DNA from: Octopus bimaculoides
Lineage: Eukaryota
Direction of reading: 5' to 3'
Length of the DNA: 36,393 bases
Assembly: GCF_001194135.2 (NCBI RefSeq)
Contig: NC_068992.1
Location: 17,731,080 to 17,767,472, forward strand
The notes under the pieces are model-generated. The model was not told the DNA's origin, searched no databases, and saw nothing but the letters and a program-made list of their open reading frames with translations. This document shows positions 1 through 10,482 of this stretch, piece by piece. The position numbers and the translations under genes were made by a program. Within the stretch, counting starts at the first letter, position 1; each line of letters starts with the position of its first letter.

Positions 1-35
<35 letters not shown>

Positions 36-498
36 TGCCATGCATAGATACAAGTCAACAGTACGTGCATAAATAAATGCAAACATGCTTGAATGGTTAC
101 ATCTTGCTAAATATATAGAATAGCGTGTTGCGTAATTCTGTGCCGCTTCGCAGATTATTAACTTAAATCTTAATAATTAGGCAACACAGAAACTACAGGT
201 CCTCGTGGAAACAGTTATTTTTATAGTATTACAGTATTGCAGTATTACACTGCGAACTCAGTAATACTGTAAGATGAACAAGTCTTACCGAAGCATTACT
301 CACAGAACGTCGTTTCGCTTAACGTCATTATTCACTTAACGTCGTTTAGTTATGACATGAAGGAGCGTGGTCTTGTGGTTGGGCTTTTCGGCTGACAATC
401 GTTAGTTCGATTCTTGGCGGCGTGTTGTATCCTTGAGCAAGATATTTTATTTTATACCTTGATTCAGTCCACTTAGCTGGCAATAATGAATTGTACCT

Positions 499-734
499 AA
501 GGCGGCGAGCTGGCAGAATCGTTAGCACGCCGGGTGAGAGATGCTTAGCGGTATTTCGTCTGCCGTTACGTTCTGAGTTCAAATTTCGCCGAGGTCGACT
601 TTGCCTCTCATCCTTTCGGGGTCGATAAATTAAGTACCAGTTACGCACTGGACTCGATGTAATCGACTTAATCCCTTTGTCTGTCCTTGTTTGTCCCCTC
701 TATGTTTAGCCCCTTGTGAGCAATAAAGAAATAA
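499..734 (+). mobile_element. tRNA-derived SINE family A, tail type 1
   Basis: A-box-like TGGCAGAATCG, B-box-like GTTCAAATT, core GAGGTCGACTTTGCC...CATCCTTTCGGGGTCGATAAATTAAGTACCAG (recalled as Meta-domain-like, unverified), tail ending CAATAAAGAAATAA. Near-identical copy at 29687-29916. Confidence 0.9.
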
Positions 735-938
735 GAATCGTTAGCATACCGGGCGAAATGCTTAGCAGTATTTCGTCTGCCGCTACGTTCTGAGTTCAAA
801 TTCCACCGAGGTCGATTTTGCCGTTCATCATTTCGAGGTCGATAAATTAAGTACCAATTGAGTACTCGGGTTGATGTAATCGACTAGACCCCCCTCACCC
901 CAATTTCAGGTCTTGTGCCTATAGTAGAAAGGATAGTA
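735..938 (+). mobile_element. SINE family A, tail type 2, starting inside the A-box
   Basis: Same head and core as 499-734, but with tail CAATTTCAGGTCTTGTGCCTATAGTAGAAAGGA. Confidence 0.85.
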
Positions 939-1433
939 GAATTGTACCTGTAATTAAAGAAGGGCCAGCCTTGTCATATTCTGTGTCACGCCGAATCTTC
1001 CAGAGAACTATGTTAAGGGTACATGCGTCCGTATAATGCTCAAACACTTGCATATTAATTTCATGAGCAGGCTGTTTTGCTGATCGGATCAACTGAAACC
1101 CTTGTCGTCGTAACCGACGGAGTGCCAATTTTTTCTTATAAAACTGATGAGAAATAATATAAAGACAAATTATATAAAATAAAGTAAAAATATATCACGA
1201 TATGTGCGTGTCTCATCATGAATTTTTGTCTGATTTTTCGCTTTCCTTTCCTTTATTTGTAACTCATTTCAATTTTCAATACAGGAAAATAACAAAATAA
1301 AATAAGAACTGATGAATAACGATACAAGTCATTTAACTTATTTATTTCATGTTTCTCATTTCAGATGCCATCTTTTCACGTCTACTGCGATATTTCAAAC
1401 ATATATAGCTCTTGTAAAGTATGACAATATTGA

Positions 1434-1653
1434 TTTCAAATTTTTGGTACAAGGCAAGGAATTTTGGGGCAGGGGGTAAGTCGATTAAATCGCCCTTTCC
1501 CCAGTTCTCAACTGGTGTTTATCTTATTAACCTTGAAGGGATGAAAGACAAAGTCGATCCCTGTGGAGTTTGAACTCAGAATGTAAAGATGGACGAAGTG
1601 CCGCTAAGCATTTTGCCCGATGTGCTAACGATTCTGCCATCTCACCCTCTAAG
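1434..1653 (-). mobile_element. SINE family A, tail type 2, with 15-bp TSD
   Basis: Reverse complement of the family-A head and core. TSD GTATGACAATATTGA at 1419-1433 and 1654-1668. Confidence 0.9.
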
Positions 1654-1691
1654 GTATGACAATATTGAAAATATAAAATGGACATTGTAGG

Positions 1692-1861
1692 CACAGGCAT
1701 GACTCGCTCCGCAATCTGGAAGATTTGGGCTCAGTCCCACTGCGCAACACCTTGGGTAAGTGTCTTCTACTATAACTCCAGGTCGACCAAGGTCTTGTGA
1801 ATGAATTTGGTAGGCGGACACTGTGTGGAAGCCTACTGTATATATATATATATATATATAT
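1692..1861 (+). mobile_element. SINE family B, 5' half running into (TA)n and a gap
   Basis: CAGTCCCACTGCG...CACCTTGGGTAAGTGTCTTCTACTATA...GACCAAGG matches the copies at 14021 and 36038. Confidence 0.8.
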
Positions 1862-1946
1862 NNNNNNNNNNNNNNNNNNNNNNNNNNATATATATACATA
1901 CAGTAGTACTCACATAAGCATTATGTGTGTATATATGTACATGCAC

Positions 1947-1977
<31 letters not shown>

Positions 1978-2019
1978 GTATGTCACATACAAATTACTAC
2001 ACATCTCAAGTATGGACTG

Positions 2020-3139
2020 TTTAAGCTTTGTCAGTCCAATTAAAATCTAAAGCTCAAAACCACTGTTTTTTTAAAAATTGTTCTGAGACACTGGTAGATG
2101 TGAAAGACTTCTCTAAATCTCATCTTCCTGTTCCGTGGTGATCAGATGAATAAAATATATGGATCAGCAAATCAGTATTCCATGATAAGTCTAGCTGTCA
2201 AAAAATATTGTCTTGAAAATAGAACATTGCTTCTTTTGGATAATGGTCCGGATCACCATATCCCAGATAATGTTCAAATAACTTTTCAGCTTTCAAACAC
2301 AACCAGCTTGATTCAACCTACAACCTGGGCATTATTGCTATATTAGAAATTTACTATTTACGACTCACTTTTAAGCAATTTATTAAGTTCTTAAATGGTA
2401 AAATTAAACTTAATATAACGGAAATTTGGCGCAGTTATCTTATTTTGAATGCTATTGAAAATTTGACTGTCAGGTGATGAGAAGTGTAGACAACCATAGT
2501 AAATCTTATCTGGAGTAAAATTCATCCAAATTGCATTGAACGCTTCCTGGGCTTTGAAGAACCAATACAAAATGTTCATCATTGTTGAGAGGATAAATCA
2601 GGTTGGATTTAATTAAATAAATGAAGATGACGTGGTAGAGCTACTTGAACGATTTGCGGAAGAAATATCAAACGAGGATCTCATGGAGATTTGGAATAGC
2701 ACCGTTCTGAAGAAGTTTATAAGAGTGAGTGTGCTGAACGACTCCGGTTTTTAACAAGAGATTTGTCTGAGACAAGTTTAGAAGCAAACAAGTTAATAAC
2801 GAATAGATACAAAAAAATAATGAAGACTTATAAAAACAGAAAGAAAACTGCACGACAAAATTTGGACGTATCTTTCAAGTGAATTATTATTGTATTGATT
2901 TTTATCAATGTTTTGTTTTTGAACGTATTTATAGCACATATATTTCAATGTTTAATACTTGAAATGTTTTGAGTCTATATTTAGAAATTTGTTGATGATT
3001 TTGTAATTAAGAACACACCATAGGAATGTAACTTGTTTATATGTTTAAACCTATAGCAAAGTGGTTTCACATCACGTCGTTTTCACTTGACGTCGCAATT
3101 CGCAAGAACTAATCGACAACGTTAAATGAGGACCAATTG
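2020..3139 (+). mobile_element. Tigger/pogo-type DNA transposon remnant: degenerate DDE_1 transposase C-terminal half plus right TIR
   Basis: Hand translation across stops and frameshifts gives HLPVPW, KKYCLENRTLLLLDNGPDH (D at 2239-2241), NTTSLIQP, WSKIHPNC and EDDVVELL...EEISNEDLMEI. The right end ...CGACAACGTTAAATGAGGACCAATTG (3139) is followed by TA. No left TIR found. Confidence 0.85.
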
Positions 3140-3779
3140 TATTGCATTGTTAATCGGAGTCTGTCATGTGAATATTCCTTGGTGAAAGATTGGTTAATAG
3201 GTACACACACAGGCTAATAGGCACACACTCTGTAAAAGCAATGGTTCAGAGAAATCCTTACCGAATAGGTTATGACTGAGCATTGTTGAAGTGCAACTAT
3301 TTAGGTTAAACTCGTAATCTTAGCATTATCCTCGGAGTTAATGTGACACTGAGACGTCACATCGCAGATACAGTTCATATGAAATACAACAAAGCTTGCC
3401 GAGACGCGAATGTTTTTTCCTACGTGAGTTCCGGACCCAGCAATACACTCATTTGTATACAGCCAATCAGAGCTCACCTTGACCTTGTTGTCAAGTTAAC
3501 AAACACACTCTGCCAAGTAAACTGATGGCGAAGAACGGTGTTGTAAGTCGGACCAATCGTCAAGTTATGCCTGATTTTAGGAGAGAAGTAATTAGATTTG
3601 CATCTATACCTATTATGGGGTTTTGTTAGGGCCCCATTATGGTAAAGATGTGGATGGGAAAATGTGGGTAGAGGGTGATATGCTAGCAACCCTCACCCCT
3701 TACTGTAAAGAACACAAATAACTACGCAGAAGCAGTAATAATTGAAAAAAGAACAAGAACAAGAACAAGAAGCATTATT

Positions 3780-3996
3780 CTTTTCTACTCTAGGTACAAG
3801 GCCCGAAATTTTTGGGGAGAGACCCAGTCGATTAGATTGACCCCAGTACGCAACTGGTACTGAGTTTATCGACCCCGAAAGGATGAAAGGCAAAGTCGAC
3901 CTCGGCGGAATTTGAACTCAGAAGGTAAAGACAGACGAAATACCGTTGCTAAGCATTTCGACCGGCGTGCTAACGTTTCAGCTAGCTCTCAGCCTT
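3780..3996 (-). mobile_element. SINE family A, tail type 2, with 10-bp TSD
   Basis: Family-A core on the minus strand. TSD AAGCATTATT at 3770-3779 and 4003-4012. Confidence 0.88.
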
Positions 3997-4029
3997 AACA
4001 ACAAGCATTATTAAAAGAGAAAAGAAGCA

Positions 4030-5000
4030 TGACCATTCCTTACCCGAGTGACCTTACCTTATCGCCTGTCACTTGTTATCCGTTCACATAATCTTGGGTT
4101 TTCCCCCTACCTCATCTCCAGTTTATTCTGCATTCTATCAACAATCTCTGTAAAACCCATGAGTGACCAAAATATTTTAACCCTCTCTCTGTTGGTGTCT
4201 TATAGAATCGTCCCTGTTCTTATAAACTCATCCACCATTTTGTATGTCAGGGACTGTATGTCCTTTTAATTTATTTGTTACAGCAGGATGAGAGCTGAGG
4301 AAGATTTAACTACTATGTCTATGTCGAATGATTGTGTAGACACATCCTCATTAACTCAACTAGATAAACTAGTGAGAAGCAAGGTAGACATCGTTCCTTT
4401 AAAATTTTTTAGGTTTCCATGGAGATATTTGAAGTTTTTAAATACATTTTTATACGTTATATATTCAGTATTTATTTAGCATATTTTTATGTGGTGTCAG
4501 ATAAATTCTGTTTAAACGTGAGAAAAGTAACAGATACTGAAGAGGATTAACAATACGAAATCCAAATAAGGCGTCTCTGTCTCAACACTAAATATAAAAA
4601 ACTGTAACGAGAATGAAAAATATAAAAAAATGCCCCAAATTTTTATTCAACGTAAAAAATTTGTTGAACATTTACTTCGATAATTCCAAGAAGTTTTTTT
4701 CTGCAGCTGAATTCCAGCTTAGAAAAGAATATGTAAAATTGATTTGCTTTCTCTGTTTACGAAGTAATCTTTAATTAATACCTTGGATCTGTCCCATTTC
4801 ATCTAAATATTTGATCAGAGAAACACTTCTTATTCTTGTATCTTCATCTTTTATTTTCTAAACAGGATCTAAAAATGTATTTAACATTACTTAAGCAGTA
4901 AATAACACGAATCAGATTAACAGAACCCTTTTTATTTGAAAGAATTCCCTATTAATATTGTAATTTTCCGTAAAAATCCCACCTAAGCTCTTAAACATTC
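4030..5000 (-). mobile_element. Highly decayed RTE-like LINE fragment (RT C-terminal region)
   Basis: Minus-strand peptides FKYL (about 4420) and GLKYFGH...LLIECRINWR*GRGK (about 4090-4180) resemble the RTE motifs F.YLG and L.YFGH...G.R.RGR. The remainder is weak. Confidence 0.45.
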
Positions 5001-5110
5001 AGGTTCCGTTTCGAAAAAGTGAAAAGTGGTAGAAAAAGTCATTCAAATGTCGAGTGTCAAATTCATATTTAATACACTGTATCATACTGTTCTCCCAATT
5101 TCTGTTTTAT

Positions 5111-5270
5111 GAAAGCGCATGGCCTAGTGGTTAGAGTGTTGCAGTAACGAGCGCTAGATTGTGAGTTCGATTCCCAGACCAGGTGGCGCGTTGTGTTCTT
5201 TAGCAAAGCACTTCATTTCACGTTTCTCCAGTCCACTCAGCCGTAGAAATGAGTTTTGCCTGGAGGGGGA
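5111..5270 (+). mobile_element. SINE family C-like 5' part (tRNA head plus central domain)
   Basis: TGGCCTAGTGGTTAG A-box and GTTCGATTCCC B-box, followed by GTTGTGTTCTTTAGCAAAGCACTT...CCAGTCCACTCAGC, as in 350-490. Confidence 0.8.
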
Positions 5271-5395
5271 TGGTCCTTGCCAAGATTTCTCGCCCAAGAC
5301 TGTCTGTCTGTCTTTCTGCTTGTCTGTCTGTCTTTATAAAATATAAAAATGTATTATGTGTATATATATATATATCGCACAGGTGTGGCCATATA

Positions 5396-5975
5396 GGCGT
5401 AGGCGTGACTGTGTGGTATGGTTCCGGGTTCAGTCCCACTGCGTGGCACCTTAGGCTAGTGTCTTCTACTATAGCCTCNNNNNNNNNNNNNNNNNNNNNN
5501 NNNNNNNNNNNNNNNNNNNNNNNNNNNNNNNNNNNNNNNNNNNNNNNNNNNNNNNNNNNNNNNNNNNNNNNNNNNNNNNNNNNNNNNNNNNNNNNNNNNN
5601 NNNNNNNNNNNNNNNNNNNNNNNNNNNNNNNNNNNNNNNNNNNNNNNNNNNNNNNNNNNNNNNNNNNNNNNNNNNNNNNNNNNNNNNNNNNNNNNNNNNN
5701 NNNNNNNNNNNNNNNNNNNNNNNNNNNNNNNNNNNNNNNNNNNNNNNNNNNNNNNNNNNNNNNNNNNNNNNNNNNNNNNNNNNNNNNNNNNNNNNNNNNN
5801 NNNNNNNNNNNNNNNNNNNNNNNNNNNNNNNNNNNNNNNNNNNNNNNNNNNNNNNNNNNNNNNNNNNNNNNNNNNNNNNNNNNNNNNNNNNNNNNNNNNN
5901 NNNNNNNNNNNNNNNGGTGCTCCAGCATGGCCACAATCAAATGACTGAAACAAATGAAAGAATAAAAGAATGAAA
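5396..5975 (+). mobile_element. SINE family B spanning an assembly gap
   Basis: 5' GGTTCCGGGTTCAGTCCCACTGCGTGGCACC before the gap; 3' GGTGCTCCAGCATGGCCACAATCAAATGACTGAAACA after it. Confidence 0.85.
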
Positions 5976-6461
5976 GAAAAGAATGTATATATTTGCAGAC
6001 AATGACAATAGCATACACGGTTACAAACGCACGCACACACACACAACCACACGCACGCACGCACACACACACACGCACACACACGCTCTTCTTCCTCACT
6101 CACACACTGAAACTACTTCTTTAAGCCTTCCTCTACAACCGTCTCGCCGTTTTTTTTTATCTCCTCTTTCTATCCCTCTCTCGTTCCGTCCCCTCCGTAT
6201 TCTCCGTCTACTTCATCGCCTCATCCGATCCCACCCTCCCCCTATCTTTCCGTCAGGACAGCAGAGGAAATAATGAAATATCCCTTATTTAAAATACATC
6301 AAAACAATTTCCATTCCATTGATAACATCCGTTGTTCTTTGTCCTACATTACATTGCAGAGGAAATCTAATCTCTCGTCACACATGCGTATTTAATACCC
6401 AACATGACCATCAGAGGAGAGTACTATACTTGTGTTTGCGTATTTGTGTGTGTGCATGTGC

Positions 6462-6462
<1 letters not shown>

Positions 6463-6538
<76 letters not shown>

Positions 6539-7390
6539 ATTCATCTGTCTATGTATGTATGCACGTATGTATGTATGTATGTATGCACGTATGTATATAT
6601 GTATGTATCTATCTATTCATTTGCCCATCAATGTATATACCTCACTGTCTGTGTCTCTCTGTTCTTCTGTTTGTCTGTGTCTGTGTCTATGTATGTACCT
6701 ACCTACCTACCTACCTACCTACCTACCTACCTACCTACCTATCTACCCTACCTACCTACCCTACTATCTACCCTACCCACCAACCTACCCACCTACTTAC
6801 CTACCTACATACCTACTTCCCTATCTATCTACCTACCCACCTACCTACCTACCTACCTACCTACCTTCCTACCTACCTACCTACCTACCTACCTACCNNN
6901 NNNNNNNNNNNNNNNNNNNNNNNNNNNNNNNNNNNNNNNNNNNNNNNNNNNNNNNNNNNNNNNNNNNNNNNNNNNNNNNNNNNNNNNNNNNNNNNNNNNN
7001 NNNNNNNNNNNNNNNNNNNNNNNNNNNNNNNNNNNNNNNNNNNNNNNNNNNNNNNNNNNNNNNNNNNNNNNNNNNNNNNNNNNNNNNNTCCCTCCTTCCC
7101 TCCCTACCTGCCTGCCTGCCTACCCTACCCATCTATCTACCCTATTACCTACCTGCCTACCGTACCGTACCCTACTCAACTTACCTACTCTACATACCTA
7201 CTTACCTACTCTACCCTACTCTACCTACCTATCTACCTACCTACCTACCTACCTACCTACCTACCTACCTACCCTGCCCTTCCCTACCTGCCTACCCTAC
7301 TCTACCTACCTACCTACTTACCTACCTACCTACCTACCTACCTACCTACCTACCTACCTACCTACCTACCCTACCCTACCTACCTACAGT
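6463..7390. repeat. Compound tetranucleotide microsatellites: (TCTA)n, (TATG)n and a long degenerate (CCTA)n with a gap
   Basis: Directly visible. Explains the YLSI and PTYL ORFs at 6319-7448. Confidence 0.97.
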
Positions 7391-7445
7391 AGCCATCTAC
7401 ATATCTATATGTGCTGAAGTGAATAGAAGTGAATGGATGTGTGAG

Positions 7446-8450
7446 TGAATTTGATTAATGCCTTGTTACTTCAAATTTTCTTACGACAAAAGCAGTCGTC
7501 AGATCAAATCCTACCGCAGAAAGAATCTCAGTAGCGTTCCTGTTGTTTCCTTCACTTGTACTGATGTTGCAGCTTTTGCGGATATTCTTGGGCGTTTTCC
7601 CATATACTGTGCCTTTGACGAAGCTACAGTTCTGAATCCAGCAACGTCTAAGATTGAACATCTGGCACGAGGCGCTCGAAATCTGGTGTTGTGACCAATA
7701 GAATATTTACCCTTGCGTTCCATAGTATCTTTGGGGCAGGGAAGAGCGATTAGGTGATCGGGGAATTGTGGGCGATAAACTGACCGGTCTCTTCCAGAGG
7801 AATTTCATTTCAGTGTTACGTAAAGATATGGGTATTTCCGTCTCTGAATAAATTCTGTCGACAAAGAAGTGCTGTCAGATGCAGATTATGCGAAGTAACC
7901 AAAATCATCCAGATGCTCACATTATGTGCTCCAGTGTTACTATTGGAAGAGTTATTTCGAACAACTGTTGTCATGTCTGGGACGTATCCGGCTCTTGGCT
8001 GGTTTCACTGTCTAGGATAGTCTTGTTGCTTTCCTTTTGAGGAAAAGCAAACAATTTTCCTCTGTTCGGTGACAATAATTAAGTGAAAGGCACCGTATGA
8101 TGGACAAATTTGAAAGGACTGAGGGCATACACCTTCCGTTTTGAGTATACCAGAAATTGCTGTCACCCAGTATGTTTGCTAAAAGTTAAGTGTAGGTGGT
8201 AAGTAAGGTTCGAGTGGCTGGTTATTTTCTCAGCATGCATCTGCCAGCTGGAGTACACAGCTCGGAGAGAGAGTACTCGTTCTTAGACATAAGAGTCATC
8301 CTGGATCTATGGGTCAGCCCCAGGTGGCTGTGTCATTCTTAAGCCTTCTTTTCTTTCGAAACCGTCCTTTTACATACCTGTTTCTTTTTCACACTCGATA
8401 GTATGTAGCCATACCACTGCAGATTGTATAATTCGTACTGGTGGCGCAAT
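7446..8450 (-). mobile_element. Decayed Penelope-like retroelement remnant 1 (RT C-terminal region to GIY-YIG region)
   Basis: Minus-strand peptides in PLE order: GFE...QPPGADP*IQDD (DD at 8295-8300, resembling RYIDD), HSNLTYHLHLTF, FLVYSK...VHHTVPF, DYP, ILVTSHNLHL, QYMGK (resembling the YVG of GIY-YIG). Many stops and frameshifts. Confidence 0.6.
7447..7511 (-). ncRNA. Type I hammerhead ribozyme motif, degenerate in stem II
   Basis: Minus strand GGATTTGAT-CTGACGA-CTGCTTTTGTCGTAA-GAAA-AT...AT-TA-ATCAAATTC. Stem I is 9 bp (one G.U), both core segments are present, stem III has 3 bp in register, and the triplet is UUA. Stem II pairing is poor. Confidence 0.5.
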
Positions 8451-8466
8451 AATGTAGCTATTACTG

Positions 8467-8467
<1 letters not shown>

Positions 8468-8535
<68 letters not shown>
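8468..8535. repeat. (TTA)n microsatellite
   Basis: Directly visible. Confidence 0.98.
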
Positions 8536-8538
<3 letters not shown>

Positions 8539-8761
8539 AATTTTACGGATGACATCCNNNNNNNNNNNNNNNNNNNNNNNNNNNNNNNNNNNNNNNNNNN
8601 NNNNNNNNNNNNNNNNNNNNNNNNNNNNNNNNNNNNNNNNNNNNNNNNNNNNNNNNNNNNNNNNNNNNNNNNNNNNNNNNNNNNNNNNNNNNNNNNNNNN
8701 NNNNNNNNNNNNNNNNNNNNNNNNNNNNNNNNNNNNNNNNNNNNNNNNNNNNNNNNNNNNN

Positions 8762-8800
<39 letters not shown>

Positions 8801-9956
8801 AAGGATAAATAGAGAGAGAAGGAGAGAGAGGGGGTTAAAAGGAAAGAAGTAAGGTGAAAGAAAAAAGGCGAAAAAAAAAAAGAAAAGTGAGAAAGCGAAT
8901 AAAATACGACGAAGAACAACATCAACAACAGAAAAAAAAATGGGAGAGAGAAGAAAAAGACATGCAATGAGAAAGTGAAGAAGAAAAAGAGAAGAACAAC
9001 GATAATAGGAATTCAATGCAAATATTGGTTGTTTCGTATAACAACGTTAATCAGAAGAACTGGTTGGCTGGTCGGTTGGCTGGTTGTTCAAATTATGGTG
9101 AACAAATCACTTCCCAACGAAGATTGATTCTTAACTTGGCGACTTTACCCAATTTCTGATTCTATTAACTTGCTTCTACTATTGATTTGTAGCAACTGGT
9201 TGCTCTACGCTATATATTTTCGCATGTGTTTGCATGCATGTATATATATATATATNNNNNNNNNNNNNNNNNNNNNNNNNNNNNNNNNNNNNNNNNNNNN
9301 NNNNNNNNNNNNNNNNNNNNNNNNNNNNNNNNNNNNNNNNNNNNNNNNNNNNNNNNNNNNNNNNNNNNNNNNNNNNNNNNNNNNNNNNNNNNNNNNNNNN
9401 NNNNNNNNNNNNNNNNNNNNNNNNNNNNNNNNNNNNNNNNNNNNNNNNNNNNNNNNNNNNNNNNNNNNNNNNNNNNNNNNNNNNNNNNNNNNNNNNNNNN
9501 NNNNNNNNNNNNNNNNNNNNNNNNNNNNNNNNNNNNNNNNNNNNNNNNNNNNNNNNNNNNNNNNNNNNNNNNNNNNNNNNNNNNNNNNNNNNNNNNNNNN
9601 NNNNNNNNNNNNNNNNNNNNNNNNNNNNNNNNNNNNNNNNNNNNNNNNNNNNNNNNNNNNNNNNNNNNNNNNNNNNNNNNNNNNNNNNNNNNNNNNNNNN
9701 NNNNNNNNNNNNNNNNNNNNNNNNNNNNNNNNNNNNNNNNNNNNNNNNNNNNNNNNNNNNNNNNNNNNNNNNNNNNNNNNNNNNNNNNNNNNNNNNNNNN
9801 NNNNNNNNNNNNNNNNNNNNNNNNNNNNNNNNNNNNNNNNNNNNNNNNNNNNNNNNNNNNNNNNNNNNNNNNNNNNNNNNNNNNNNNNNNNNNNNNNNNN
9901 NNNNNNNNNNNNNNNNNNNNNNNNNNNNNNNNNNNNNNNNNNNNNNNNNNNNNNNN

Positions 9957-9958
9957 TG

Positions 9959-9991
<33 letters not shown>

Positions 9992-10167
9992 ATGTTTGTG
10001 TGTTTGTGTTTGTCTCCCACCCAGCATCGATTGACAACCGATGCTGGTGTGTTTACATCACCGTAACTTAGCTGTTCGGCAAAAGACATCGATAGAATAA
10101 GTACTAGGCTTACAAAGAATAAGTCCTAGGGTCGGTTTGCTTGACTAAAGGTGGTGCTCCAGCATGG
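9957..10167 (+). mobile_element. SINE family B, 3' half emerging from a gap and (TG)n
   Basis: CAGCATCGATTGACAACCGATGCTGG...GAATAAGTACTAGGCTTACAAAGAATAAGTCC...GGTGCTCCAGCATGG. Confidence 0.88.
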
Positions 10168-10277
10168 AAACGTATAACATTTCTGCATTGTGGAAATATA
10201 TTGTGATGAATTTCATGTTTGAAAACGTTGCTTACTTTTTACTCAGCCTGACCGATCGTTCTGTCTGTCTATCTGCC

Positions 10278-10328
<51 letters not shown>

Positions 10329-10482
10329 ATGTGTCTAGACTTCTCTCACCTAAACTCGCTCTTTCTTAATCTATTTTTACTTCCATTCTCTCTCTATATA
10401 TGTATGCATACACCTACCTACCTACCTACCCACCTACCTACCTACCTACCTATCTACCTACCTACATACATACATACATGTA

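Larger units (their letters stand above)
350..1127 (+). mobile_element. tRNA-derived SINE family C, host copy split by a nested SINE-A insertion (arms about 350-498 and 939-1127)
   Basis: The 5' arm has a tRNA-like head (GTGGTCTTGTGG...GTTCGATTC). The 3' arm matches the tail of the intact copy at 34203-34585 (CAGCCTTGTCA...GATCGGATCAACTG...CGACGGAGTGCCA). An 11-bp direct repeat GAATTGTACCT at 488-498 and 939-949 flanks the insert. Confidence 0.85.

Noticed and set aside
229-272. 10-bp inverted repeat TTACAGTATT/AATACTGTAA with an inner 5-bp hairpin
   Set aside because: Short and AT-rich, with no TSD or second copy in the window.
1140-1190. CTGATGAGAAA hammerhead-like core
   Set aside because: There is no stem II and stem I fails after one pair; the AT-rich context makes it a likely coincidence.
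3180-3560. CCAAT-box cluster as a promoter
   Set aside because: No adjacent first exon, CpG island or TSS evidence; such motifs are frequent by chance and in transposon remnants.
4284-4383. Plus-strand exon candidate (RMRAEEDLTTMSMSNDC...)
   Set aside because: Its acceptor lies in the antisense strand of the decayed RTE-like fragment and the peptide is unrecognised, so it is probably fortuitous.
6257-6397. Kinase-like RTAEEIMKYPLFK after a pyrimidine tract
   Set aside because: The tract is low-complexity CT sequence, the frame stops with no good donor, and no other kinase motif is present in the window.
6695-7390. (CCTA)n/(TAGG)n as a telomeric or interstitial telomeric array
   Set aside because: Molluscan telomeres are (TTAGGG)n. 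This is a degenerate tetranucleotide microsatellite with no TTAGGG or TTAGG run.
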